A stretch of DNA of 63,847 nt, filler included, from Lama guanicoe (taxonomy: Eukaryota): NCBI GenBank assembly GCA_013239625.1. It is 165 parts of 165 records of this genome, joined end to end, with 100 filler letters (N's around TTAATTAATTAA, not from the genome) between each part and the next. Parts side by side here need not be neighbours in the genome. Positions count along the whole stretch, not along the records: positions 10,450 to 10,736 come from PNXV01053262.1; positions 10,837 to 11,123 come from PNXV01053263.1; positions 11,224 to 11,510 come from PNXV01053264.1; positions 11,611 to 11,897 come from PNXV01053265.1; positions 11,998 to 12,284 come from PNXV01053266.1; positions 12,385 to 12,671 come from PNXV01053267.1; positions 12,772 to 13,058 come from PNXV01053268.1; positions 13,159 to 13,445 come from PNXV01053269.1; 157 more parts are not named here. One strand, written 5' to 3'. Shown in pieces: positions 10,735-22,192 of the stretch (position 1 is its first letter; each line of letters opens with the position of its first letter). The position numbers and the translations under genes are program-made. The notes below the pieces were generated by a model. That model was not told where the DNA came from. It did no database searches and worked only from the letters and a program-made list of their open reading frames with translations.

Positions 10735-11610
10735 CCNNNNNNNNNNNNNNNNNNNNNNNNNNNNNNNNNNNNNNNNNNNNTTAATTAATTAANNNNNNNN
10801 NNNNNNNNNNNNNNNNNNNNNNNNNNNNNNNNNNNNAACTCTTAAGATGCTGGGGGACAGAAACAGAGGTACTCATCTTGCTGCTGCCCAGGACAAGCCT
10901 CGGATTTAAGCTGGCTTGCTTGTTAACACAGCCACCTACCCACCTGGAATGGCCTTCCTTCCGTGTCTCCTTGCCCTCCGGATAAAGGATGCTAAGTTTT
11001 AAACTTCACCCTGGGAACTCCTGAGGAACTGACGTTTGAACTAGCAAGCGGTCAGCACTCCACCTTTCACGGAGAAGAGAAAAGGGGAGATTGCTTCCAA
11101 AAACCGTAAGTTCATTCTTTCTTNNNNNNNNNNNNNNNNNNNNNNNNNNNNNNNNNNNNNNNNNNNNTTAATTAATTAANNNNNNNNNNNNNNNNNNNNN
11201 NNNNNNNNNNNNNNNNNNNNNNNCAAAACATCTGCATTCAACATTAGGGACAACTATTTAGAAGAAAAAGGTAAAGTATATTAAGAATGGATGCTGTAAG
11301 GTAAAAATCTAAAGCTACCAGAAAGGAGTGCTACTACTCCAGATTGGATAAGAAATAATATTTTTAGCCAATAGATGAATATTTAAAGGACATCAACTTC
11401 ATTTCTTGGAAACAGATACGAATATGCTTAAACCAGAGGATGACATGATGTGCATGTTTATTCCAGAGGCATTTTTCTTAACATTTTTCAACAGTTTTAA
11501 TCACATGTATNNNNNNNNNNNNNNNNNNNNNNNNNNNNNNNNNNNNNNNNNNNNTTAATTAATTAANNNNNNNNNNNNNNNNNNNNNNNNNNNNNNNNNN
11601 NNNNNNNNNN

Positions 11611-11897
11611 GGCTACTCTCCACTCCGAGAGGGGGAGTGCCTCGTGACCTCCTCTGACATCAGAGCCAGAAACAGACAGTCTTCATGTCAAGTCTTACAT
11701 GTTTCAAATTGCTTTCACCAGTAGATGCCTCCATCCTTTTCAATGGTTCATTTGATTAAGTAAGGCTCAGCAAAGATAATTTCCTTGTCTTAAAGTCAAC
11801 TATTTTGACCCTTACTATGTATGCAAAATCCCTCTACAAATAGCACTTGTAATCTTTGTGACTGAAGGCAATAGAAAGTGTGTGTTCATCACATTCT
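11611..11897 (-). mobile_element. MaLR LTR (MLT1-like)
   Basis: GATTAAGTAAGGCTCAG..AGATAATTTCCTTGTCTTAAAGTCAACT...TATGCAAAATCCCT matches the reverse complement of MLT1 LTRs. Confidence 0.6.
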
Positions 11898-12771
11898 NNN
11901 NNNNNNNNNNNNNNNNNNNNNNNNNNNNNNNNNNNNNNNNNTTAATTAATTAANNNNNNNNNNNNNNNNNNNNNNNNNNNNNNNNNNNNNNNNNNNNTTT
12001 TTTTTTTAACCTCTGGTTGCGTTTAAGATTCACGCTTAGTTACCCAGTGCTTCAGTGCAATGTGCCTAGTTTTCTCTTTATTTATTCTGCTCAGGCTTTT
12101 TTTCTTTTTTAAACAAAAGTCACATTTACAGACAGAAAGATGCACCTTTATTATACGTACCTGTCTATAAATTTATAGGAACACATGCACCCTTGTTTGT
12201 CGACAGCGCCACATGCCCCTCTGCAGCAGTCTGTGTCCCCCTCACATTCATGTGCTGACGCCCTAACCCTCAGGCTGACGGTTTNNNNNNNNNNNNNNNN
12301 NNNNNNNNNNNNNNNNNNNNNNNNNNNNTTAATTAATTAANNNNNNNNNNNNNNNNNNNNNNNNNNNNNNNNNNNNNNNNNNNNGAGAAAAGAAGACAAT
12401 TAGCAAGTTATTTTTTCAAAGAAAGACAGTAGAAATGTAAAGCACAAGCCCACATCAGCATTTCACATCTGTAAGTATAATGGAGAAAATTCTTGCCAAA
12501 GTGTTCTATTTCATTCTGCTTCTGTCTCCAAAGTCTGAAGATTGACAGTGTCCTCCTTCCAAAATCGTATGCATGATTTAAACAAATCTATCAAAATGAC
12601 TTCTGACTTTTAAAGTAGCAAGTTATCATCTCTTTGGACTCGGATCCGTGGCGTAATTCTAGGGTAGCTGCNNNNNNNNNNNNNNNNNNNNNNNNNNNNN
12701 NNNNNNNNNNNNNNNTTAATTAATTAANNNNNNNNNNNNNNNNNNNNNNNNNNNNNNNNNNNNNNNNNNNN

Positions 12772-12899
12772 GAGAGCCGAGGAGGGGGCCCGGGGGCCAC
12801 AGGGGGGCTCAGGGACAGAGTCCCGAGAGCCGAGGAGGGCGCCCGGGGGCCCGGGGGCCACAGGGGGGCTCAGGGACAGAGCCCCGAGAGCCGAGGAGG
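12772..12899. repeat. GC-rich minisatellite (VNTR) with units of 53 and 61 bp plus a partial third unit
   Basis: GAGAGCCGAGGAGG starts at 12772, 12825 and 12886. Unit 2 has an extra 8-nt GCCCGGGG-type block. Confidence 0.9.
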
Positions 12900-13158
12900 A
12901 GGTGGCCCGCGCCCTTCAGCGCGGGCGGTGACGCGCCACGCTGGGAGGGGGCCCGTCCAGCGCTCAGAGCTGTGAGAAGGAAAATGAGGAACGTGACAAC
13001 GTCACAAGATGTGCTCATTAGAAATTTCAGTTATATTTCTATACCTTCTTAGAAAACGNNNNNNNNNNNNNNNNNNNNNNNNNNNNNNNNNNNNNNNNNN
13101 NNTTAATTAATTAANNNNNNNNNNNNNNNNNNNNNNNNNNNNNNNNNNNNNNNNNNNN

Positions 13159-13236
13159 TCTCCAACTACTATCACATGAGGGGACAGGGCTTCAACATAT
13201 GAATTATTGGGGGAAACAAATATTCAGTCCATAACA
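13159..13236 (-). mobile_element. MaLR (MLT1/MST) LTR 5' terminus
   Basis: TCACATGAGGGGACAGGGCTTCAACATATGAATT...GGGGGAAACAAATATTCAGTCCATAACA. Confidence 0.75.
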
Positions 13237-13653
13237 ACCACTGAGCAGCCGCTCTCCAGGCCCACAGGGAAAGTAACTGTATGGCATTACTTTAAATACC
13301 CAAGACCAAAGCACTCCCTGGGCCTAGAGGTCTCTGCCCACACAGAACCAAAGGAGGCCACAATATCTGCCACCATAATCCTACAGGGTGCTTGCTCTGA
13401 AGTAAGAGGTAAGATATATTCTTTTTTTTAAACTAAATATTTAATNNNNNNNNNNNNNNNNNNNNNNNNNNNNNNNNNNNNNNNNNNNNTTAATTAATTA
13501 ANNNNNNNNNNNNNNNNNNNNNNNNNNNNNNNNNNNNNNNNNNNNTCTTCTTTCAGAATTCTTCTACAAAAGAGCAAAGTTAAAAACACAATTTTGTTTC
13601 TTAACTTTTTTATCCATTGTCTTTTCTCGATTTTATGACAGTAAATTTAGCAG

Positions 13654-13790
13654 TTGATATTACTGTCACCTTCATATTGATGAAGAAACCAAGGTATACA
13701 GAAGTGAAATAAATTGTCAGAGATCTTTTTTAATGCAGCAAACGTTAGACCCAGCTTCACACTTAGGCTTTTAGATGCCAAGGAATCTAG
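13654..13790 (-). mobile_element. MIR SINE
   Basis: ATTGATGAAGAAACCAAGGTATACAGAAGTGAAATAAATTGTC resembles the MIR core CAGATGAGGAAACTGAGGCTCAGAGAGGTTAAGTAACTTGCC. Confidence 0.6.
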
Positions 13791-14082
13791 GCCCTTTCCC
13801 AGAAGAGCTGTGACGCAGTGACTGCTCCAGCCNNNNNNNNNNNNNNNNNNNNNNNNNNNNNNNNNNNNNNNNNNNNTTAATTAATTAANNNNNNNNNNNN
13901 NNNNNNNNNNNNNNNNNNNNNNNNNNNNNNNNTGTCTGTCTTCACAGAATAAAATATAAACTCCCTGAAAGCAGGAAGAACTTAATTCCTGCACAAAAAC
14001 AATACCAGGAATGCGGTCGATCTCCAGTAAATATTTGTAGACAGACTCACAGCAGAAAAAAGAAGTAAGTATATCCCTTTTT

Positions 14083-14218
14083 GGGGGAGAGGTTATAGTT
14101 CAGGGATAGAGTGTATGCGTAGCACACACAAGATCCTAGGTTCAATCCCCAGTACCTCCATTAAAAAATAAATACAGAAACCTAATTACTCTCTGAAAAG
14201 AAGCCAAAAAAAAAAAAA
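14083..14218 (+). mobile_element. Vic-1-type camelid SINE, near full length, with A-rich tail
   Basis: GGGGGAGAGGTTATAGTTCAGGGATAGAG (A box)...AGATCCTAGGTTCAATCCCCAGTACCTCCA (B box and tRNA-like 3' end), then ATTAAAAAATAAATA..AAACCTAATTAC.. and poly(A). Confidence 0.85.
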
Positions 14219-15540
14219 NNNNNNNNNNNNNNNNNNNNNNNNNNNNNNNNNNNNNNNNNNNNTTAATTAATTAANNNNNNNNNNNNNNNNNNNNNNNNNN
14301 NNNNNNNNNNNNNNNNNNCCAAGTGGCTCCAATCTAACAAAGACCTTCCAGTATAACTGAAACAGCCTGCCCTCCTCCTGTCTCTCTGTTTGGAGACCAA
14401 CCCCTCATCCCACCGTGGCTGATGGTTATTCTCGGCCAGTGCAAACATGCTGAACTAAGTTTCAGAGACGGGGTTTCGAGCAAGTTAAAAAGCAGCTCAG
14501 GTTCTCAAACGCCACCCGCCACCCGCCAGTCAGTCATCGTGTGATCGGCTACGAAGGAACTCAGGTTCCAAACCCCACATCCCAAGCCGCGAGACTCACC
14601 GTGGGNNNNNNNNNNNNNNNNNNNNNNNNNNNNNNNNNNNNNNNNNNNNTTAATTAATTAANNNNNNNNNNNNNNNNNNNNNNNNNNNNNNNNNNNNNNN
14701 NNNNNTAATTGAATACGACCGCTCTAATGGGAGCCTCTTGCCTGCGATTTTCCTCGCTGGGCCGGAAAACACAAAACAGAGTGGTGCTGGCTCCTGCCAG
14801 GGTCCTGGCGTGGCCGGGCCGTCTTGGGCCCCGTGAGCCGGAGAAGATGAGTCCAGCCCATGGGACCAAGGAGCAGAGGGACGAGCGTGGTCCCCGCACG
14901 GCCAGCACGTCCTGACTGCAGCCCGCAGTGAACACCGGCCCCGTTTATTTTGAAGTTTCAGACCGCAGCCCTCCTTTGGGGAGGAAGCCGCTNNNNNNNN
15001 NNNNNNNNNNNNNNNNNNNNNNNNNNNNNNNNNNNNTTAATTAATTAANNNNNNNNNNNNNNNNNNNNNNNNNNNNNNNNNNNNNNNNNNNNTTTATTTA
15101 TTTATTTATATTATTTATTAAAATATTGATAACGAGATAACGATTTGTCTCTCTGCTTTGTTTGGAGTAGAAGCCAACATTCCTGCTGTGTTCTGTACGC
15201 CCTCTATCATCGGAATCCCACGTTAATTCTGGGAGCTCTTCCTTTTCAACTCCCCCCTTGGTGTCTCTGGGGTCTGGCCCTTCTTGCTCCCTTAGGTCTC
15301 ATGCTCTAGCTAATTTCTCGTCTTGGAATAACATCCCATTGACCGGCTCCCTCACCTTCTTCAAGTCTTTTCTAAAAATNNNNNNNNNNNNNNNNNNNNN
15401 NNNNNNNNNNNNNNNNNNNNNNNTTAATTAATTAANNNNNNNNNNNNNNNNNNNNNNNNNNNNNNNNNNNNNNNNNNNNAACAAAGGACTAAGAAAGATG
15501 GAAGGAAGGATGGAGGGAAAGAAGGGTGTAATTAGTTCCT

Positions 15541-15766
15541 ATGGTGGCCAGCCAATAATCTCCACGGGCTGGTATTGCCCTCCTTTTACAGTGTCCTTCC
15601 ACATCTACCAGGGTTGGTCTGTGCGACAAACAGCATATGATGGAAGTGACAGTCACATCTGAGACCAGGTAATAAAAGACTTTAGCTTCATTTACGATTC
15701 TCTCACTCTCCCCCCCCCCCCGTAAATCTCTCTTTTTGTGGGAAGCAGTTGCCACCATGTTCTTAC
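15541..15766 (+). mobile_element. MaLR LTR (MLT1E/F-like), 5' part
   Basis: CCAGGGTTGGTCTGTGCGACAAACAGCATATGATGGAAGTGAC...GAGACCAGGTAATAAAAGAC...GGGAAGCAGTTGCCACCATGT. Confidence 0.65.
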
Positions 15767-15989
15767 NNNNNNNNNNNNNNNNNNNNNNNNNNNNNNNNNN
15801 NNNNNNNNNNTTAATTAATTAANNNNNNNNNNNNNNNNNNNNNNNNNNNNNNNNNNNNNNNNNNNNAATGCTCAATCATTTAGGAAGCATATATAATTAT
15901 ATAATTTTCATTTTAAACTATTTATTTTAATATTATAATCATGTGCCCTTATTTAGGTGAACTTTTAGTCTAGAATTTATAAATGATAT

Positions 15990-16153
15990 TAGTAGAAAGA
16001 CTTATATTTGAGTTACGGCTCCACCATGTGTTAGCTGACATGGGACAATACAATAAATCTTCTTGTACCTCAGATTACTTGCCAAAATAAGATCAGTATT
16101 AATATCTCTGCTAATACCTATGGTGAGGAATGTCTGACACACGATGTGGGAAA
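15990..16153 (+). mobile_element. MIR SINE, degenerate
   Basis: TTTGAGTTACGGCTCCACCA..TGTTAGCTG...CTTGTACCTCAG...AAAATAAG...GGTGAGGA. Confidence 0.55.
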
Positions 16154-17414
16154 NNNNNNNNNNNNNNNNNNNNNNNNNNNNNNNNNNNNNNNNNNNNTTA
16201 ATTAATTAANNNNNNNNNNNNNNNNNNNNNNNNNNNNNNNNNNNNNNNNNNNNCTTGCACTCTGTGTCCTCAGGGCTCTTTCCTTACAGTTTCCCTCACT
16301 ATTCCTGACCAGCTTGCTGGTCATCCCGCTCGCCTGCCCCTGCAGCCCCTTCCACTTTGAGCGCTCCTGGGTCCGGGCACTCTCAGTCCCCGGGCCCTGC
16401 GCCTGTGACTCTCCATCTGGGCCTTGTGCTAGCGGAACTCTGGAACCTTCAGTTCCCAGGACAGTTGATTGGGTTTTTCTTTTTCATCACCTGACCTGCA
16501 AATTTAAACTCCCATTTTCTCAACTTTTAAAATAGCAGTTNNNNNNNNNNNNNNNNNNNNNNNNNNNNNNNNNNNNNNNNNNNNTTAATTAATTAANNNN
16601 NNNNNNNNNNNNNNNNNNNNNNNNNNNNNNNNNNNNNNNNTTGAAAGCTATTCTTTTACATTTATGTCAATTTCAGGCTTTAAATTTTACTTCCAGGCAA
16701 CTCTCAGGAGGTGTTTTTGTGAATGCGTGACCTATAATTTGATAGCAATTAATATATTCTTGTTCAGGAGGTAGAATGTCTTTATATCGAAAAGTCTGAA
16801 TTATGTAATTTCAGAAAGCTGATATACTTTCTCTTTTATCACAGCAAAGAGTATGATTTGACTTTTTAAAACAACAGAAAGATATTTCTGTAGATTTTTG
16901 CGTATTTCCTTTTTTCTTTACAATGAGNNNNNNNNNNNNNNNNNNNNNNNNNNNNNNNNNNNNNNNNNNNNTTAATTAATTAANNNNNNNNNNNNNNNNN
17001 NNNNNNNNNNNNNNNNNNNNNNNNNNNTCAGGTAGCTCCTTTTCCTTTAAATATCTGTATCCAAGTAATTCCGGTGTTACCTAATATTACGACCGCCCAC
17101 TTAGTTTCCTAAGCGAGTGGTGATGTTCCTCGATGCTGGTCTCCATTCTTTGGTATTGAGTTTCTCATCCAGGCCTGTTGCTTATGCTTTCTCGCGAATG
17201 TGCCCACATTTCCCCCTTATGTCAGATTCTCATCATTTCTAACTTTCATTTCGCTATACTTTCCTCATTGCGTTTCATAGACCAAGCCTTGTTCATTCTC
17301 CATATCACTGAAAGNNNNNNNNNNNNNNNNNNNNNNNNNNNNNNNNNNNNNNNNNNNNTTAATTAATTAANNNNNNNNNNNNNNNNNNNNNNNNNNNNNN
17401 NNNNNNNNNNNNNN

Positions 17415-17684
17415 TTGTTCACCAAACATTTGCTCTTTTCATCTTCTTGTGAACTGCTTTCCTTCCCTTTGAATTCCAGACCCACAGCCCTTTCTCTTTT
17501 GTTTACGATAACATATATACACCATTTTACCTGTCTTTGGAATCTCTCATGTTATGTGAATTCTCCTTATGGATATAATTAAATTTGGATTTTTTTCTCT
17601 GGTTAATCTGTTTAATATCAATTTAATTTTTAGACCAACCAGAAGAAACCTGAAGGGCAGAAGTAAAAGTTTTTCTTCCCCAAA
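17415..17684 (+). mobile_element. ERV1 LTR (MER34/MER39-like), R/U5 end
   Basis: ATTAAATTTGGATTTTTTTCTCTGGTTAATCTGTTT..TATCAATTTAATTTTTAGACCAACCAGAAGAAACCTGAAGGGCAGAAG..TTTCTTCCCCA, with an ATTAAA poly(A) signal. Confidence 0.7.
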
Positions 17685-18190
17685 ACTTCTTTACTTCTAT
17701 GNNNNNNNNNNNNNNNNNNNNNNNNNNNNNNNNNNNNNNNNNNNNTTAATTAATTAANNNNNNNNNNNNNNNNNNNNNNNNNNNNNNNNNNNNNNNNNNN
17801 NTGGTGGGAGGAAGGAGGACTTTCAGGCAGGAGAATTACATCCGCAAAGGTACAGAGCTGTGGAAATGGTGTTAAATCCATAAACTCTGAACAGCCAGAA
17901 CATGAACTTCCACTGAGCCAGTGCCAGGGTCACGGCTGGCGAGCCAAGAAAGAGCCGTCCAGGTCACTGAGGGGCCTCCAGATTGGACACAGGAGTTTAG
18001 AGTAGAGCACATGAAAATGTCGTGCTGGGAATGACCCGACAGACCTGCAGGCCAGCGATCCCTCAGGCCCAAGACACAGTGACAGGCTNNNNNNNNNNNN
18101 NNNNNNNNNNNNNNNNNNNNNNNNNNNNNNNNTTAATTAATTAANNNNNNNNNNNNNNNNNNNNNNNNNNNNNNNNNNNNNNNNNNNNGC

Positions 18191-18289
18191 TCCAAGTCAG
18201 GGGGCACAGCCACCCTGACCATCAGCGGGGCCCAGGCTGAGGATGAGGCCGACTATTACTGTCAATCATTTGACTACAGTGGTAATGCT
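18191..18289 (+). CDS. Immunoglobulin lambda variable gene segment (IGLV3-like), germline FR3-CDR3 end
   Basis: Translates to [33 protein letters not shown], with the lambda-specific AEDEADYYC motif and conserved second Cys. It is absent from the ORF track. Confidence 0.95.
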
Positions 18290-18328
18290 CACAGTGACAC
18301 AGGCAAATGGGGAAGTGGGACACAAACC
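18290..18328 (+). promoter_or_regulatory. V(D)J recombination signal sequence, 23-RSS
   Basis: Heptamer CACAGTG (18290-18296), 23-nt spacer (18297-18319) and nonamer ACACAAACC (18320-18328), as expected for IGLV. Confidence 0.95.
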
Positions 18329-18962
18329 CCTTGCCACCTGCGTCACACAAGAAACAATTCCCATCTGGTCATGAAATTGCACAGATGATAAAATTTGGTG
18401 GAAGGATGCTCAAGCAATGGTTATCCTCATCCTCCACTTGTTCATGAGGGTAGAGGAATGACTGCCTAGGTTCACNNNNNNNNNNNNNNNNNNNNNNNNN
18501 NNNNNNNNNNNNNNNNNNNTTAATTAATTAANNNNNNNNNNNNNNNNNNNNNNNNNNNNNNNNNNNNNNNNNNNNACACACACACACACACACCCTCAAT
18601 ATACAGAATTCTGAAAAAAATATCTTGACTCTGAGAAAATAATCAGAGGCAAAAGAGAAACTGAGAATCATTAGTTCTTGAAAAACCGCTATAGTTTCAG
18701 TTAAGAAAAATGGAAATATTTAGTCTTTGTGCCTTTTGTTGCTCCATTCCTCACTTACTCCCACTGTTGGCTGGTGAGAAGTGTTCATTTATCAGCTGGA
18801 AGCTGTCTGCATAAATGCACAGCTGTGCTGCCAGAGGATGTGGACTCCGTTTTGTGTATAACNNNNNNNNNNNNNNNNNNNNNNNNNNNNNNNNNNNNNN
18901 NNNNNNTTAATTAATTAANNNNNNNNNNNNNNNNNNNNNNNNNNNNNNNNNNNNNNNNNNNN

Positions 18963-19249
18963 CCCAGGCCCGGATGATCTCCAAAGCCCACATCATCTCC
19001 GAAAGCCTGCATCATCTCCCTGAGTCAACAGCATATCTGCAAGACCGCTTCATCACCCCAAGCCTGAGTCATCTCCCGCAGTCCTCATCTCCCGCAGTCC
19101 AATCATCCCCCAAGCCTGCATCGCTCTCCAAGCCGAAGTCATCTCCCTGAACCCGTGTCGTGAACCCGAGCCGGTGTCATGTCCTGGAGCCCACGTCATA
19201 TCAGCGAGCCCAAGTCATGTCTGCGAGCCTGAAAAATGTCTGCAAGCCC
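18963..19249. repeat. Degenerate ~19-bp tandem array (consensus near RAGCCYGCATCATCTCCCC), about 15 units
   Basis: Units include AAGCCCACATCATCTCCGA, AAGCCTGCATCATCTCCCT, AAGCCGAAGTCATCTCCCT and GAGCCCAAGTCATGTCTGC. The array fills the whole fragment. Confidence 0.85.
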
Positions 19250-19736
19250 NNNNNNNNNNNNNNNNNNNNNNNNNNNNNNNNNNNNNNNNNNNNTTAATTA
19301 ATTAANNNNNNNNNNNNNNNNNNNNNNNNNNNNNNNNNNNNNNNNNNNNGAGCCTGGAACCCCAAGATCTCATCTGCCCCTGCCCCTGTCCGGCTGTGAG
19401 GCCTTGGAGTGGAGGAGGGGCCAGCACTGAACCAGCACTTCTGGACTCCTGGGTCCCCTTCCACCTTGTCCACTCTAAGACATCTTCCAGGGGCCTCAGG
19501 GAGTCAGACCAGGTCCCAGCCCACCTTGCACACACTACAGATCACCCCGGGGGGATCTGGGCTGTGTCAGTGCCCCTTTCTCAAATGCACTCCTATTTCT
19601 ATAGCAGAACATACAAAAATTCACATTAAAGGAATANNNNNNNNNNNNNNNNNNNNNNNNNNNNNNNNNNNNNNNNNNNNTTAATTAATTAANNNNNNNN
19701 NNNNNNNNNNNNNNNNNNNNNNNNNNNNNNNNNNNN

Positions 19737-20023
19737 CATGCTGATTTCCTCAGAATCTGGGTGCAGCAAGACAAAAGCAGGCCTCCCAGGCAGTTTTCCA
19801 AAAGCATGGAGAAGGTGGACTCTCACTTTACTCCCTCTTTCCCCTGTGGAAGAAGTCACGGGCCAAGGGTATCTCTATCAGCACTGAGTCATGCTAGCAT
19901 GGGGTTAAAGTGATGTGGTTAAGTGAAACTATAATTCTTACCTTTTCATTGTGGCTGACCTAGGATTTTGTGGTCTACTAGGGTGCTTTAACCTTAAACT
20001 GCACTCCAGAATCCTCATAAAGG
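19737..20023 (-). mobile_element. Old L1M 5' region
   Basis: CTCACTTTACTCCCTCTTTCCCCTGTGG..GAAGTCACGGGCCAAGGG..TCTCT...GTTAAGTGAAACT..TTCTTACC resembles the reverse complement of L1M 5' UTRs. Confidence 0.5.
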
Positions 20024-21849
20024 NNNNNNNNNNNNNNNNNNNNNNNNNNNNNNNNNNNNNNNNNNNNTTAATTAATTAANNNNNNNNNNNNNNNNNNNNN
20101 NNNNNNNNNNNNNNNNNNNNNNNCAGTTCAGAAAGCCCTCTTGGCAGGGCAAGCCCCCTTCTGCCTGCACTCGACAGACATCAGGCACTTGTAAATCGGC
20201 TGCCCACCACACCGATAGCCCGACCGAATCAATTCAATTAAGCGGTGAGACACTGAGCCTTCTCTGTCTTGCAGACTCAGCTCTCACTTGTTGCTTTAAG
20301 GGGGTGGGGAGCAAAGCATAGCCTTTTGCTCAGACTTTTTAATTAGCAAAAGGAACCTGTAAAACATCACATTGGAAACATTGAAGATACTACTTATGGG
20401 GCTTTTTTTTNNNNNNNNNNNNNNNNNNNNNNNNNNNNNNNNNNNNNNNNNNNNTTAATTAATTAANNNNNNNNNNNNNNNNNNNNNNNNNNNNNNNNNN
20501 NNNNNNNNNNTTTCATAAGCTTTGATATATAACAAAGTTTTCAAATGACAAATCATTTGTATTAGCAGTTTTATCTACTTTTTGTAATGAGGGTTATTTG
20601 AAGGAGTCATGTATGTCTATGTCCAGGAACCATCATTGAACTTGAGAAAGCCCAAAAACCACACATATGTAAAATCACTAAAATGTTGACAAATAATATC
20701 AGGATGCTTCTCAGTCATGGGTAATCTGAACCACAAATGATGCATCCACAACTAAAATAGCTTTAATAATTTCTACATAATTACAGTTTATTTATTTNNN
20801 NNNNNNNNNNNNNNNNNNNNNNNNNNNNNNNNNNNNNNNNNTTAATTAATTAANNNNNNNNNNNNNNNNNNNNNNNNNNNNNNNNNNNNNNNNNNNNAAA
20901 AAATGTTTAAAAAAAAAAAGAAAGAAGAGAAAAACAAGGTTACATAACACTGAGTCCAAGGCATTCCTCAGAAATTCTAGGGGAAATCCTTTTCCTGAAT
21001 GGCCTCAGAGCACCCGCCTTTTGGCAGCCAATGGGCCATGAACAGTGCTGGTTAGCTGCTCCCCGAACCCTGATGCCTTGTGGCTCTCAGAACTTGGCCC
21101 CTGCTCTGTCTGGGGACTGGGTCTGCAGTCAGCACCCAGTCCCGAACCTTCTGGAACGAATGCTGAGGTTGGATACAATGACCCNNNNNNNNNNNNNNNN
21201 NNNNNNNNNNNNNNNNNNNNNNNNNNNNTTAATTAATTAANNNNNNNNNNNNNNNNNNNNNNNNNNNNNNNNNNNNNNNNNNNNGCACATATTCATCCAT
21301 TTTTAGGGGTAGGCATTTAGCCAGCCACTGAAAGTAACATAAAACTAACAAATACAATCATTTACCACAGGAATTTGGATTTGTTGAATGGTGTATGAGC
21401 ATACTAGGGTAATCCTGATGGTGCAAAGCACCGTGGGAACCAGCTTCTAACAGGGCGAACTGCTCGTGCATTATAAGAGAACAGCTAATTTGAGCTGGAA
21501 CAGTCAGAGGCAGCTTTGTGATATTTCTGGGAGAGTAGAACCCAAATGGCCACCTAGTTTGTGGGTCTGTANNNNNNNNNNNNNNNNNNNNNNNNNNNNN
21601 NNNNNNNNNNNNNNNTTAATTAATTAANNNNNNNNNNNNNNNNNNNNNNNNNNNNNNNNNNNNNNNNNNNNAGGCCCTAGAAACGGCAGAGGAGAAATGA
21701 AACCACAGATGGCCCCTCCCAAGGTGCGGGCATCAGGGGGCAGGGGTCCAGGGAGGGCTGAGCGCCAGGCCCGCAGCGTGGCAGGCTTCAGCTGGGGAGC
21801 TGTGTACCCAGCACGGAGCCCACTGAACAGCAGGCACTCTTCACTACGG

Positions 21850-21958
21850 TTTTTTGGGGGGGAGGGGTTGGAGGAAGGCAATTTGATGATTGATTGATTT
21901 CTTAATGGTGTTACTGGGGATGGACCCCAGGACTTCGTGCAGGCTAGGCACACACGCT
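21850..21958 (-). mobile_element. Vic-1-type camelid SINE, 3' part
   Basis: Reverse complement is AGCGTGTGCCTAGCCTGCACGAAGTCCTGGGGTCCATCCCCAGTAACACCATTAAGAAATCAATCAATC..., then a C-rich run and an A tail. Homologous to 14083. Confidence 0.8.
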
Positions 21959-22058
21959 NNNNNNNNNNNNNNNNNNNNNNNNNNNNNNNNNNNNNNNNNN
22001 NNTTAATTAATTAANNNNNNNNNNNNNNNNNNNNNNNNNNNNNNNNNNNNNNNNNNNN

Positions 22059-22192
22059 TGTGGAGTGTTGAGCACCTTTGAGGGACTCTGCCCACTAGGG
22101 AACTGGGTACCTGCAGCCGACACCACATGAGACAGCCCAACCTGTCTCCAGACATTTCCACATGTCCTCTGGGGAACAAAATGACTCCAGTG
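22059..22192 (-). mobile_element. MER20 (hAT-Charlie DNA transposon) remnant
   Basis: CTCTGCCCACTAG...TGTCTCCAGACATTTCCACATGTCCTCTGGGGAACAAAAT matches the reverse complement of MER20 (ATTTTGCCCCCCAGGGGACATTTGGCAATGTCTGGAGACA). Confidence 0.75.

Noticed and set aside
14083..14160. tRNA gene
   Set aside because: A and B boxes are present, but the stems are degenerate and it continues into a SINE body and poly(A). It is a tRNA-derived SINE.
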